DNA from: Longimicrobiales bacterium
GTDB taxonomy: Bacteria > Gemmatimonadota > Gemmatimonadetes > Longimicrobiales > Gaopeijiaceae
DNA: 64,000 nt
NCBI GenBank assembly: GCA_965238005.1
Contig: OZ250165.1
Location: 320,001 to 384,000 of the forward strand
Reading direction: 5' to 3'
In this document: one piece after another, positions 19,699 through 30,851 of the stretch
Layout of the letters: each line of letters opens with the position of its first letter
Position numbering within the stretch: position 1 is the first letter of the stretch
Made by a program: the position numbers and the translations under genes
The notes under the pieces: generated by a model
The model's database searches: none
What the model saw: the letters and a program-made list of their open reading frames with translations, nothing else
Told to the model about the DNA's origin: nothing

Positions 19699-22660
19699 CT
19701 ACCAGCCCACTGTGAGTCGGCCCACCAGGCTGTGGTCGGCGCCTCCCCGGCCCCGGCTCTCGCGCCGCTGGGCGTCGAGGCCGAACTGGAAGCTCATGGC
19801 GCCACCCTGCACGACAGCCAGGCCGTAGCCCAGCCGGTAGTCGCGCCCGTACTCGGAAGTCGTGACGCCGAACCTCGGGGTCCCCACCAGCCGACTCCCG
19901 ACCGGCAGCGCGTAGCCGAGCTCGCCCTCTAGGCGGTTGCCCGATCCCGGGTCTCCTGTCCCGAGCCCCGTCATCGTATCGCGGCCCCAGAGCGCGTCGG
20001 CACCGCTCATCGCCTGACCGCCCCACGAGGGGGCCACGCGCGCCGTGAAGCCCAGCGGCGTCGCCGGCGAAGGATCGTAGCTGAACGACACCGACACGCC
20101 CCGTTCCCTGAGCCCTCGTGCCTGGTGAACCAGCAGCGTCCGCACCCGCACAGCGACCGACAGCCCGGTCAACGGATCCGCTGCGAGCAGGCTGCCGGCG
20201 ACGTCCGCGCCCGCGCCCGTCTCCGCATCCCCACCGTCGCGCCTGAGCCCAAGCTCCAGGCTGGGCCGTAGCGCGATCCCATGGCCGAACACGTAGCCCC
20301 TCGAGGCCTCGAGCACCGTCCGCACACGCGTCACCACCGCCTCGGTCGCCGCCAGCCGGTCGGCCGGCCCGTCCACCGCCTCGCCCCCGTGCCGACCCAC
20401 AGCGCGTCCGCCTTGAACGCGAGCCCGAACCCACCGACACCGGAATCCACCAGATCGCCCCTCACGCCCCCGGCCAGCATCGACATCGACAGGCCGCCCT
20501 TGAGAGAGATAGGAGACGTGAGAGAAGACATCGGGAGAGACAGTGCCTCGCCCGGCGTTAGGCTAAGCGAGCCCCTCCCGTATCCGGTCACGCCCCAGAG
20601 CGTGACCCGCTCCGTCAGCTGGTAGCCCACCCAGGGTGGAGCCCCGTGACCGACGAGGCCACCTCGCCCACGTCGGCCCCCTGATAGCCGCCCAAACCCC
20701 GCCGGTGCGAGAGCATCAGCCCCCCCATCAGCGGCCCCTTCGCGTAGTCCGCCCCGAACATCGTCGTCCGGACTCCGCCGTCGAGCGACAGCTCGCCGTC
20801 CCGGCCGCTGAACCGCGACTCCCTCCCGCGGCTCCAGAACGAGACGCTCCCGCCCCCGCCCGTCTCGCGGTTCAACACGAACCCCGATCCCATCAGCACG
20901 TCCCCGCCTCCCAGACCCGTCCGCAGAAGCTCTCCGCTGCTCAGATCCGACTGCACGCCCGTCGTATCCCAGGCGCCCTGAACCGCAGTGGACTGAAGCC
21001 GGCTCAGGAAGTTGCGCCCCACGCCGGAGCTCACGGCCCGCAAACCGGCCCCGGAAGCCCGGAGCCCTGGATGCCTCCAGCCGCTCTTCCACCTGTTCCA
21101 TCATCTGTAGCACCGTCGCCCGCCCGAACCGCGCCAAGAGCGCACGCGGCAGCGGATCGGTGTTCTCGATCGTTCCCGTCGCCTCACCGTCCGTCACTTG
21201 GTCCTCCGATGGGTTCGACAGCCCGAGCGTCAGCGTCTCCTCGCCCTCGTCGTGCGAGTCGTCGAGCACCTTCACGTTGACCGTCTTCGACGACTCGCCC
21301 GACGCGAACGTCAGCGTCCCGCTCGCCAGCGTGTAGTCCACGCCCGCCTGCGCGCTGCCGTCCGACGTCTCGTAGTCCACCGCCACCGTCCCGGATGCCG
21401 CGCGGCTCAGCGTCACCGCGAAGGCCAGAACCGCGCCTGCGCCTTCCTCCACCCGCGCATCGGCCACCGAGATCCCCACCGGACCGGAGACCGCCGCCGA
21501 CAATGCCGTCGGCAGTGGCCGGTCGTCAGCCGTGCAGACCGCGCCCGTCGCTTCACAGTCCGTCGTCTGCGGGAGGCGGATCGTCACCGCTCCGTCCGAG
21601 GCCGGATTGACCGTGATGTCCCACGCCTGGTTGCTGCCCTTCGTGCGTCGGCGCGCCCGGCGCAATTCGCCACCCGTCACCTCGAACGCCTCGTCGCGCA
21701 GCGTCCGGAAGCTCAGCCCTTCGACGTCCGCGCTGAACGTCAGCCCGAACGTGAACGCGGTCTTGCCGTCGTGCGACGCCGGCACGTCCTCGAAGCTCGC
21801 CGTCAGTGCCGGGTCCGACTCCATGTCCCGGATCGTGCCCGTCGCCTGGCTGTCGCCGAGCTCGGCACCCGAAGCATTGCTCAGGGCGAGGCTCACCGTC
21901 TCCCCGTCGTCCTCCGCCGTGTCGTCGGTGATGGGCACCGAGATCGTCTTCGTCGCCTCGCCCGCCTCGAAGGTCAGCGTGCCGTCGGTGGCGGTGTAGT
22001 CAGCCCCCGCCGTCGCCGTGCCGTCTGACGTGGCATAGTCCACCGTCACCTGTCCGGACGCCGCCGGGGACAACGTCACCACGAAGTCCAGCGTCGTGTC
22101 CTCGCTCTCCCTCGTCTCGGCATCGCTCACCGACAGCCCAGTGGGAGGGCCGAGAAGCAGGTGCAGAAACCAGGTCGACAGGGCTCGGTTGTCCGATGGG
22201 CAGACCGCGCCCGTCGCTTCGCAGTCCGTGGTCGGATCCAGGTAGATCGACAGCTCCCCGCGGGTGCTCGGCGTGACCGTGATTTGCCACACGCCGCTCT
22301 GCCCGTCGACGCGGGCCGCGCCGGTCACTGCGCCGCCCGTCACCGTCAGGGCATGGTTTCGCATGGCCTCGGGCGTCACCGAGACCGCTTCGCTGAACAC
22401 GATGCGGAAGGTGAACGCGGTCTCCCCGTCATGGGCCCTCGGCAGGCCCTCGAAGCGCGCCGTCAGCGGGTCCGGGACGACCTGCAGGGCTGGACGCCAG
22501 CGTCACTGACAGGGTGAATGTGCCGATCCCCTCCGCCTCATTACCAACATCAGGATCGCTGTAAACAGTTATGTAATACGTTCCGGTGGCTGGCGGCGTA
22601 TATTCCAGTCGGGCGTTGTCACCTTCGCCGGGAGACTTCGAGCTGGCGATGCGGGAGAGC
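19699..22660 (-). pseudogene. Large surface protein (PPC-like, Calx-beta repeats, autotransporter-like barrel), frameshifted and 5' truncated
   Basis: Two VDYxTSDGxAxAGxDY..GTLTF..GE repeats; barrel region split over several frames. Confidence 0.8.
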
Positions 22661-22661
22661 G

Positions 22662-23106
22662 AGGCGAAGGATCTTCTCAGGGCCGTGGTCTACGCACCGA
22701 GCCGGGCCAAGGCTGTGAAGGCCCGCGAAGTGTTCGCCAGGCGCTACAGGCCGTGGTATCCGAAGGCGGTGGACGTACTCGAGGACGACTGGGAGCGGAT
22801 GGTGGCGTTCTACGACTTCCCCGCGGATCACTGGAAGCATCTACGCACGACGAACGTGGTCGAGAGCCCGTTCGCTGCGCTACGGCTCAGGACGACGGCG
22901 GCGAAGCGATTCAAGCGGGTCGAGAGCGCTATGGCGCTGATCTGGAAGTTGCTCTTGGTGGCCGAGAAGCGGTTCCGAAGGCTCGACGCTCCTCACCTCC
23001 TCAAGGGCGTGTTTGAAGGAAGGAAGTTCGAAGACGGAAAGCCCGTCTCAACCCAACAGCGGAAGAATGCCGCCTGATACGTTTACACACCTATTGACCC
23101 AACCTC
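22662..23106 (+). mobile_element. IS256-family 3' remnant
   Basis: FYDFPADHWKHLRTTNVVESPF; right-end-like TTTACACACCTATTGAC. Confidence 0.85.
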
Positions 23107-23121
23107 GGGGGAGGCCAGACG

Positions 23122-23286
23122 ATGAAGTACTCGCTAGGGATTGGCGTGCTTGTACTTACTATCCTCGCCATCAGCGTGACTTATGTCTATGCGGCCAACC
23201 CAGACCTCCGGGACCAGGTGGTGCTTGTTAGCGAGGCGAAGGCCGACGTCGAGAGGGCGATGGCAAGGCTCAAGGCAGAGCGCTGA
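23122..23286 (+). CDS. 54-aa membrane-anchored peptide (below the ORF track cutoff)
   Basis: GGAGG RBS; MKYSLGIGVLVLTILAISVTYVYA followed by a helical tail. Confidence 0.45.
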   Translation: MKYSLGIGVLVLTILAISVTYVYAANPDLRDQVVLVSEAKADVERAMARLKAER

Positions 23287-23499
23287 GCAGGGGTACTCCC
23301 GAGATTCGGCGTGTCTTCGCTGAACAATTGACGGTTTTACCCGATCAGATCCGCCTCCGCCTGCCGCACTATACCCCCTCATAGCAGCGTGCCGGCTAGC
23401 AAGCTGGCCGAAGACTGTTGCCTCAAGGACCCTCTAGCGGACTCCGCGCCGTCAGTTGCAGAGGAAGAGAAAGCTCGTCCGACGGGCAGTTCAAGGCAA

Positions 23500-23537
23500 C
23501 GCCCCGGGCGGGGAGGCGACTGTCCCCGCCCGGGGCG
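23500..23537 (-). terminator. Hairpin downstream of the OmpA-family gene
   Basis: 15-bp perfect IR CGCCCCGGGCGGGGA/TCCCCGCCCGGGGCG; weak U tract. Confidence 0.55.
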
Positions 23538-23564
23538 GTTCTCCGTGTTCTCCGGTCGGAATCC

Positions 23565-24860
23565 TTAGCGCGTACCCGCGGGCAGGATCTCGACCCTGCG
23601 GTTCTGGCGCCGTCCGTCTTCCGTGGTGTTGTCGGCTACGGGTTGAGATTCACCCGCACCGGCAATCTGGAAGCGATCCGCGTCGAGCGCCGGGAAGTTG
23701 CCTGCGAGGTAGTCTCGCACCGCCTGCGCGCGACGCAGGCTCAGTGCGAGGTTGTAGTCCTCCGGGCCTACGGAGTCGGCATGGCCGACGACGCGGACGC
23801 GCTCGTTCGGACGGTCCGACAGCGCGTTTCCGGACTCGTCCAAGATCGAACTCGCTGCGGCGTCGAGCTCCGAGGAATCGTGCGCGAAGTGGACGTTTCC
23901 AAAGATGAGCTCGGGCTCCGGTTCGGGCTCCGGCTCCGGCTCCGGCTCGACGACAACAGGGCATCCGGCCGCATCCACCTCGGCGCCGGAGGGTGTGTTC
24001 GGGCAGCGGTCGAGACCATCGACGACGCCGTCGCCGTCCGCATCCGTCGGACAGCCGTTCTCGTCCACTTCGGCGCCGGCCGGCGTTCCGGGACATTGAT
24101 CTGCGTGGTCGGCCACCCCGTCCCCATCGGAGTCGAGCGCACACCCCCGTTCGTCCACACCAGCACCCATGGGTGTTTCCGGACACGCGTCCAGGCCATC
24201 AAGCACACCATCTCCGTCCCCGTCTCGCTGCGACTCTCCTCCGAGGAAGTACGAGGCACCGAGCGAGAGCCCCCAACCCCGAAAGGTCTCCGACGGGGCT
24301 GCGGAGCCGGCCAGTTCGGCAGCCGTATTCGCCAGTGCGTCGGGGGTCTGGTGCATGCGCGCCTCGACCCGCAGGGCAAGGCGAGGCACCACGCGGAGTC
24401 GCACCCCGCCGCCGTACACAAGGCTGAGGTCCGTCTCGGGGTCGAGTTCTTCAGGCCTCCAGTGCGCAGCTCCGAGGCCGACCACTCCGTAGGCTTGAAG
24501 CCGGCCGCTCAGGGGTAGGTTGTATCCCACGCCTCCGCTGAAGTACGCCAGGTCCAAGTCCACCGTGCCTCTCGTCGGGATCCTCATGTCGAACGGCATG
24601 TACCCGCCCTCGAAGTCGGCGAACAAGCCGGAGGCGAAGTTGTAGGCGACATGCCCGCCGCCCGCGATGTTCCGGGCGGGGTCGACGAAGATGGAGCTGC
24701 TGCCGCCCGGATGGAATTCCGGCACGTCGTCGAAGAGGCCGATGTAGGGGGAGATCTCCCATCCCGTGGGCACCCAGCCATTCGAGTCTTGCGCGGTGAG
24801 GGCCACCGAGGGCCGGAGAAGAAGAAGCGTCACGGCCACGGCTGACAGTGCTCGATTCAT
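23565..24860 (-). CDS. OmpA-family protein with beta-barrel and thrombospondin type-3 repeats
   Basis: Signal peptide, three DxDGDGVxDxxDxCP repeats, (PE)n linker, GHAD..NLALSLRRA..NRRVEI. Confidence 0.93.
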   Translation of the reverse strand: MNRALSAVAVTLLLLRPSVALTAQDSNGWVPTGWEISPYIGLFDDVPEFHPGGSSSIFVDPARNIAGGGHVAYNFASGLFADFEGGYMPFDMRIPTRGTVDLDLAYFSGGVGYNLPLSGRLQAYGVVGLGAAHWRPEELDPETDLSLVYGGGVRLRVVPRLALRVEARMHQTPDALANTAAELAGSAAPSETFRGWGLSLGASYFLGGESQRDGDGDGVLDGLDACPETPMGAGVDERGCALDSDGDGVADHADQCPGTPAGAEVDENGCPTDADGDGVVDGLDRCPNTPSGAEVDAAGCPVVVEPEPEPEPEPEPELIFGNVHFAHDSSELDAAASSILDESGNALSDRPNERVRVVGHADSVGPEDYNLALSLRRAQAVRDYLAGNFPALDADRFQIAGAGESQPVADNTTEDGRRQNRRVEILPAGTR

Positions 24861-25105
24861 GGTGGCGGTCCTTTTGGTCCTAGATCACACCTAACTCGCG
24901 TGTCGTCGTCAACGACGCCGATCGCTCAACCTTCCCTGGATCGACTCTGGTGCTGCCTCACCGTATTGCGCATACAAGCCCGGAAACATCCGAATAGGAA
25001 ACATGTTAACCCGTCACAAGATGTCCTGTAAATAGCATTAGGGTCATGCCTAGCTGAACCTCTCTGAATGAGGTATAAAGCTACGCATGGCAATGAAAAA
25101 CAAGT

Positions 25106-26336
25106 TGTACAGAGATGGTAATGACCTGACAGTTGGCCCTCGCCGGAGCTGTGTCTAGGCTGCCTTCGTCTTAGCGTCCTCCTTGCTGGCCTTGGCGGCC
25201 TTCCTGGCGTCGGTGAGACCGGCCTTGAAGACCTGATAGGGCGTGCGGCCCTCCATGGCTCGACCGCGGTGCGGCCGCTTGCGGTTGTAGGTCTCCAGAT
25301 ACGCCTCGAGGTCCTGCTGCATCTCCTCGACGGTCTCGTACCAGGTGGTGCGGCCCTTCACCCTCAAGTGCTCGTCGAGGAGCGTGCGGTGGCAGCGCTC
25401 GATGAAGCCGTTGGACTGGGGCCTGCCCACCTTCGTCGTGCGGTGCTCGATGTCCTCGAGCTGAAGGAACAGCTCATAGGGGTGACGGTCCGGACGGCCG
25501 CAGAACTCGCGGCCGTTGTCGCTGAGCACGGTCTTCACCCGGACCCGGTGCTCATCGAAGAACGGCAACACGTCGTTGTTCATCACCTGCACCGCCGTGA
25601 GCGGGAGCTTGCTCGTGTAGAGCCGGCCCCAGGCGTAGCGGCTGAAGCAATCGAGCACGGTCTGCAGGTACACCTTGCCGACCCCCTTCAGCGTTCCGAC
25701 GAAGAACGTGTCCACGGCGACGAGGTCGCCCGGGTAATGGACTTCGATGTGGCGCTCGCGGAACTCGGGACTGAAGCGCTCCAGCAGCTCGATCTGCTCG
25801 CCGGTCAGCTTCAGCTTCCGTTCCCTGGCCGTCTCTTCGAGCCTGAGCAGCCGTTCGTGCTTCGTGGTGAGGCCATGCCGGCTCCACACGCCCCGTACGC
25901 CTCCTGAGCTCACCTGGATCCCTCCGAGCAGCAACTCGTCCGCGACCCGCTGAGCTCCGTGCGTCGGAGCCTCCAAGGCGTGGGCCAAGACCGCCTGCTC
26001 AATCTCTTCACTCACCCGGTTCGGGTGCGGTCCCTTCGGCCCCGGAAGCTGGTCGATCAGCCCCTCGGCCCCGTAAAGCTGGAAGTTCCTCCTGATCTCG
26101 TAGAACTGCTGCCGGCTGTAGCCCACGATCTGGCACGCCTTGCTCACGTTGCCGAGCTCCTGGGCCAACTGTAGCAGGCTCAGCTTGCGGCGCGCTATCT
26201 TCTCCCTCTGGACGGTGGTCATCTTCTCTCCCGTGCTAAGTGAGTGACTTCGACATCTCTCAATTATCTCCGGCGAGGGCGGCTGGCCACCGTCCTCTCT
26301 CGTGGTCACCTGTCAGGTCATTACCATCTCAGCACA
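25106..26336 (-). mobile_element. IS481-family element, complete
   Basis: TGT..ACA ends sharing GAGATGGTAATGACCTGACA; AACAAGT duplicated at 25099-25105 and 26337-26343. Confidence 0.92.
25155..26222 (-). CDS. IS481-family transposase
   Basis: LGNVSKAC HTH; VAVDTF, LSDNGREF, PQSNGFIER. Confidence 0.92.
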   Translation of the reverse strand: MTTVQREKIARRKLSLLQLAQELGNVSKACQIVGYSRQQFYEIRRNFQLYGAEGLIDQLPGPKGPHPNRVSEEIEQAVLAHALEAPTHGAQRVADELLLGGIQVSSGGVRGVWSRHGLTTKHERLLRLEETARERKLKLTGEQIELLERFSPEFRERHIEVHYPGDLVAVDTFFVGTLKGVGKVYLQTVLDCFSRYAWGRLYTSKLPLTAVQVMNNDVLPFFDEHRVRVKTVLSDNGREFCGRPDRHPYELFLQLEDIEHRTTKVGRPQSNGFIERCHRTLLDEHLRVKGRTTWYETVEEMQQDLEAYLETYNRKRPHRGRAMEGRTPYQVFKAGLTDARKAAKASKEDAKTKAA

Positions 26337-26994
26337 AACAAGTACGCAAGGCGTTCAAGGATTTCTGAGGCCAAGATCCGCGAGATCGTGCGCTACTTCG
26401 CCGCCGATCTCACGGCTCTGCAGGCGGCGGCGCTGAGTGGGCTGAACCGCAACACCGTGAACCGGTTCTACCGGGGCTTGCGGGAGCGCATGCTGCTGGC
26501 CTGCGAAGCCCAGCGTCCCCTGTTCGGGGTCGTCGAGGTCGACGAGAGCTTCTTCGGAGCGCGCCGGGTCAAGGGCCGGCGTGGGCGCGGCGCTTACGGC
26601 AAGACGGTCGTCTTTGGCATCTTCGAGCGGCAGGGCCAAGTGTATACCGAGATCGTCCCGGACTGCTCGAAGCCAACCCTGCAGGGCATCATCCGTGGCC
26701 GGGTGGACCCGCACACCGTCATCAACTCCGATGGCTGGCGCGGCTACAACGGCCTGGTTGATCTAGGCTATGGCCACTTCCGCGTCGATCATGCCCGCGA
26801 CGAGTTCACCAAGGGCACCGTTCATATCAACGGCATCGAGGGCTTCTGGGGCCTGGCCAAGGTCCGGCTGGCGAAGTTCAAAGGGCTCCCCAGACACACC
26901 TTCCATTTGCACCTCAAGGAAACCGCATGGCGATACAACTATCGACATGCCGACAAGTATCAAACTTTGCTAAAATCCCTCCGCCAAAACCCGC

Positions 26995-27630
26995 TCAGCT
27001 AGACATGACCCTTACCAAATTATAATTGCGCAGATTGACAACTGCTCCGGCTAGCCGGATATAGTCCTCTGATTCAAGAACTTCCTGATGGTACAACATT
27101 ATATGCCGAGTGCGTATTATCTGTTCCCTAAGCAGAGAATAGCTACCAGAGTATAAACTCATAAGCCCAGAGTATAAACTCATAAGCCTAAGATCATCCG
27201 ACATTCTCGACATCCTTACAATCTCCGCATAGCAATCCGGGAGTCGGTTTGACAGGCCAATGGTATCCGCCGCCAATACACCAATCTGATCCTTCAAGTC
27301 CGCTTGCAATTCATCGACCGTATACACTCTCGATAGCTCATTGGCAATACTGAGTTCCTCCCACTCCTCCAGCGTGTACCCCAAATCTGCCGCAAGCTCC
27401 GCTGCGTCAATCGCCGCAATCTCCGCCTCTATTTCCGCTTCCCTCGCAGCTAGTCTTTCCCTCCAATCCTCCAATCTCTCGAACATCATTTCGAGCCGCG
27501 CCGCCTTCATTTCCTCCACCGTGTCGTATCTTCCGACTTCGCGCCCGTTTTCGTCCGAAAGTACATAGGAGGTCGCACAGCCAGCTATGACAATCGCCAT
27601 TGGCACAAGAATAAAGAAATGCGTTCTCAT
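26995..27630 (-). pseudogene. Lipoprotein whose native C-terminus was displaced by the IS1595 unit
   Basis: Lipobox VIAGC; last residues RVMSS are read from the IS end; 21-bp tandem duplication (LMSLYSG twice). Confidence 0.75.
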
Positions 27631-27657
27631 ACAGCCTCCGCTAATTGTCGGGTATCG

Positions 27658-28104
27658 CTACCGCACCAAGATTAGGCCGATACACCACAACTTATAGGGC
27701 ACCGCCGCGCCGCCGTTTTCGTTTACAGCCGGTTCGTCACCGACCTCACGCTTCACGGCCTCTCGAATATCCTTCCATAGCTCAGCCGTGCTCGGGTACC
27801 ATTTCTCGGCCAGCAACCTCGTAGCGAGAATCGCGTAGGTCCCGTTCCTTCCAATAGTGCCAGTCCACAGTTCGGATACATCCGAGCAGTCCTTGAAGGG
27901 CCGCCTACTGTCCTTGATCCGGCCAAATTCATATAGTGCTTCCGCCGCCTTCATCCGACAGCTTTTCTTTCCGTTCGCCTCGCTCTCGCCCCCAAGCTCT
28001 CGGTACGTCTTGCACCAAGCATCCGGCCACGATTCGCCTTGTTGACATTTCTCGATTGTTCCGTAGATCCAGCACTCCAATCGCGGCACGTATTTTTTGG
28101 TCAA
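27658..28104 (-). CDS. Hypothetical protein, weakly DUF6979-like
   Basis: DAW..KKSC..LYEFG..NGTYA..ELW..LW.IGLI pattern; TTG start assumed. Confidence 0.5.
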   Translation of the reverse strand: MTKKYVPRLECWIYGTIEKCQQGESWPDAWCKTYRELGGESEANGKKSCRMKAAEALYEFGRIKDSRRPFKDCSDVSELWTGTIGRNGTYAILATRLLAEKWYPSTAELWKDIREAVKREVGDEPAVNENGGAAVPYKLWCIGLILVR

Positions 28105-28147
28105 GTCCCGAGTCGTGTGTAAAAGTGAGAGGAAGCTCCTCGATGCT

Positions 28148-29825
28148 GAGCCTGTGTGAAAACTCCTGACGTGCCATATATTATACGTCCCGTGTTTTGG
28201 CCAGTGCTCCCCTTGCTCGGAGCTTCGCCCATGGCCTATATCGCCGGCAGGGATCGCACCCAAGTGGTGCTCCTCCCTGAGGTCCTCGACGACTACGTCA
28301 CCGCTGACAACCCAGTGCGCTTCCTCGACGCCTTCGTGGCGCAGCTCGATCTCGGCACGCTCAGTTTTCAGCGATCGGTGCCTGCAGATACGGGCCGCCC
28401 GGGCTACGATCCCGGTGATCTCCTGCGATTGTACCTATACGGCTACCTGCACCGCATTCGCTCCAGCCGGCGGCTGGAGCAGGAGACGCATCGCAACATC
28501 GAGCTGATGTGGTTGGTGCGAGGACTGCGACCCGACTTCAAGACCATCGCTGACTTCCGCCGGGATCACCCGCAGGCGCTGAAGGGCGTATGCCGCGAGT
28601 TCATTCTCTTGTGCAAGCGGCTGGACCTCTTTGGCGGCGAGTTGCTCGCCATCGATGGGAGCAAGTTCCGGGCGGTCAATGCCCGGGATCGGAGCTACAC
28701 CGCGGCCCGCTTGGCCAAGCTACAACGGGACATCGAGCGCACGATCGCGCGCTATCTGCGAGACTTGGAGCGCCAGGACGAGGCGGAGGCGGGCACCGAG
28801 CGGCCGAGCGCCGACGCCCTGCGCGAGAAGATTGCGGCGCTTAAGCAGCGCCGGGAGCGCTACGAGGATCTCCAGCAAGAGCTGGCGGCGAGTGGGGAGA
28901 GCGCGCGCTCACTCACCGATGCCGACAGTCGGCCGATGATGAGCGGGGGCCGCATCGAGATCTGCTACAACGTCCAGACCGCGGTCGACGCCAAGCACAA
29001 GTTGATTGTGGCCGAGACGGTCACCAACGCCGCCGCCGACCAGAATCAGCTCAGTCCGATGGCCATGGCGGCCCAGGAGGTACTGAGGAACGTGACGCCG
29101 GTGGTGGTGGCCGACCGGGGCTACTACCACGGCGCCGAGATCAAGACGTGTGTGGAGGCGGGCCTCACGCCGCTGGTGCCCCGACCGATCACCTCGGCCA
29201 ATGCCAAGCGCGGGCTCTTCACCAAAGATGACTTCGTCTACGACCGGACTCGGGACCTCTATCGCTGTCCTGCGGGGAAGACGCTCACCTACCGCACCAC
29301 CACCGTCGAGCTCGGGCGCACCATCAAGAACTATCGGACCACCGCCTGTAAGCGGTGTCCACTCAGGCCCCGCTGTACGCGCAACAAAGACGGGCGGAAG
29401 ATCACACGGTGGGCGGACGAGCACCTGATGGAGGAGATGGCGCAACGGCTCCAGCGGGAGCAGGCGCGCTTCGCGCAGCGCAAAGCGCTAGTGGAGCATC
29501 CGTTTGGCACGATGAAGCGCGGGATGGACCAGGGGTACTTTCTGCTCAAAGGCATGCGGAAGGTCCGCGGCGAGTTCAGCCTGACCGTGCTTGCCTACAA
29601 CCTGAAGCGGGTCCTCAACATCGTCGAGGTCCCGCAGCTGCTGGACGCCCTCGCGTAGAGGGGGTCCTCAGCGCCGTTTTTCGCCCTTCGGGGCGCTTCC
29701 AGACGGCCCTGTCAGGTCCGCAACGCCCCACCCGACTACTTTCCCGCCCCTCCCAGCAAAATGTCAAGCTCACCGCCCTAGGTGCTCGCTCCCCGTTCAA
29801 TCATGGTGAGTTTTCACACGGCCTC
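28148..29825 (+). mobile_element. Second, distinct IS1182-family element
   Basis: IRs GAGCCTGTGTGAAAACTC / GAGTTTTCACACGGCCTC; no target duplication seen. Confidence 0.88.
28231..29658 (+). CDS. IS1182-family transposase
   Basis: RPDFKTIADFR, AIDGSKF, YNVQ, ADRGY, VEHPFGTMK. Confidence 0.92.
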   Translation: MAYIAGRDRTQVVLLPEVLDDYVTADNPVRFLDAFVAQLDLGTLSFQRSVPADTGRPGYDPGDLLRLYLYGYLHRIRSSRRLEQETHRNIELMWLVRGLRPDFKTIADFRRDHPQALKGVCREFILLCKRLDLFGGELLAIDGSKFRAVNARDRSYTAARLAKLQRDIERTIARYLRDLERQDEAEAGTERPSADALREKIAALKQRRERYEDLQQELAASGESARSLTDADSRPMMSGGRIEICYNVQTAVDAKHKLIVAETVTNAAADQNQLSPMAMAAQEVLRNVTPVVVADRGYYHGAEIKTCVEAGLTPLVPRPITSANAKRGLFTKDDFVYDRTRDLYRCPAGKTLTYRTTTVELGRTIKNYRTTACKRCPLRPRCTRNKDGRKITRWADEHLMEEMAQRLQREQARFAQRKALVEHPFGTMKRGMDQGYFLLKGMRKVRGEFSLTVLAYNLKRVLNIVEVPQLLDALA

Positions 29826-30185
29826 ATCGCTCGTTAGCCAGCGCTCGGTCTCTTCTGGCGACCATACGACTGGCGACCAGGCTCGTTCCGCCAACGGACC
29901 AACGGGAATCTGCAGGCGCTCCTTGAACCCACGGAATCCGGAGAGGCACTCCGCCTCAGGACATTAAAGGGAGATGCGAGTGCGTCTCTGGGGCGACCAC
30001 CAGACAACTGCAAATGGATGGCGTGGCCGAACGGTTAACCGCGGCACTCGACACCGCGGATCACGACGCCGTGGACAGGGAAGATTAACGGCCGGCCCGG
30101 GGTGCTCTCAGGACGAGGTTCTGGAGAGTTGCTCTTCGGAGGCATGTACGTATCTTTATATCGTGAGTATACGTACGGAGGTCGC

Positions 30186-30416
30186 ATGTCCAAAAAGAAG
30201 CTCACTCTTTCCGTCGACGGAGCCGTGATCGAGCGCGCCAAGCGCTTCTCGCGGAGAAACGAGACGTCGGTCTCGGAGCTCGTATCCGAGTTTCTCGCTT
30301 CTCTCGGGGATGAACACGGGACCTCGACACCTATTGTCACGCGTCTACGTGGCGTACTCCCGTCTTCCGTCTCACGTGAAGAGTACGGGGATCATCTGAA
30401 GGCCAGACACGGGTGA
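30186..30416 (+). CDS. DUF6364-type ribbon-helix-helix antitoxin
   Basis: KKLTLSVDGAVIERAK..SVSELV; overlaps the PIN gene. Confidence 0.8.
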   Translation: MSKKKLTLSVDGAVIERAKRFSRRNETSVSELVSEFLASLGDEHGTSTPIVTRLRGVLPSSVSREEYGDHLKARHG

Positions 30417-30826
30417 CCCGGGTTCTTCTCGATATCAACGTCGTTCTCGACGTCCTGGCGACTCGAGAGCCGTTCGCCCCTGACGCCGAGGCCGTGCTAC
30501 GGCGTGTAGAGGCACGCTCGATTGAAGGTCTCGTCGCGGCACACACGATTACCACCCTGCGCTTCCTCCTGGCCAAGCATCTCGGGAAGGCGAAGACCCG
30601 AAGAGTCCTCACCGACCTACTTCACGTGGTGAGAGTCGTTCCCGTAGACGAGGACCGCGTTCGGCATGCTCTGGCGCTGAACTGGGCGGATTTCGAGGAT
30701 GCGGTTCAGGCAGCGTGCGCAGAGAAGGCCGAGGCCGACTATCTCGTGACCGGGAACAAGAAGGACTTTCAGAAATCCCCGGTGAAGACTGTTACTCCCG
30801 CCGAGTTGCTCGCGCTGATCTCCTAG
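30413..30826 (+). CDS. PIN-domain (VapC-like) toxin
   Basis: LLDINVVLD, DFEDAVQ, VTGNKKDF. Confidence 0.88.
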   Translation: MTRVLLDINVVLDVLATREPFAPDAEAVLRRVEARSIEGLVAAHTITTLRFLLAKHLGKAKTRRVLTDLLHVVRVVPVDEDRVRHALALNWADFEDAVQAACAEKAEADYLVTGNKKDFQKSPVKTVTPAELLALIS

Positions 30827-30851
30827 TCCCTCGTCGGCTGCAAGAATCCCT

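Larger units (their letters stand above)
25087..27002 (+). pseudogene. IS1595 transposase split after codon 6 by IS481
   Basis: MAMKNK | YARRSRISEAK..VEVDESFFG..NSDGW..HINGIEGFW. Confidence 0.88.
17315..27011 (+). mobile_element. IS1595-bounded composite unit, 9.7 kb
   Basis: Outer IRs GGGTCATGCCTAGCTGA / TCAGCTAGACATGACCC; TTACCAAA at 17307-17314 and 27012-27019. Confidence 0.85.
25041..27011 (+). mobile_element. IS1595-family element interrupted by IS481
   Basis: 17-bp IRs with one mismatch. Confidence 0.9.

Noticed and set aside
23905..23950. (GGCTCC)n microsatellite as a phase-variation tract
   Set aside because: It is an in-frame Pro-Glu linker typical of OmpA proteins.
28148..29825. 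Target duplication for the second IS1182
   Set aside because: The flanks (..GATGCT / ATCGCT..) do not match, so none is claimed.
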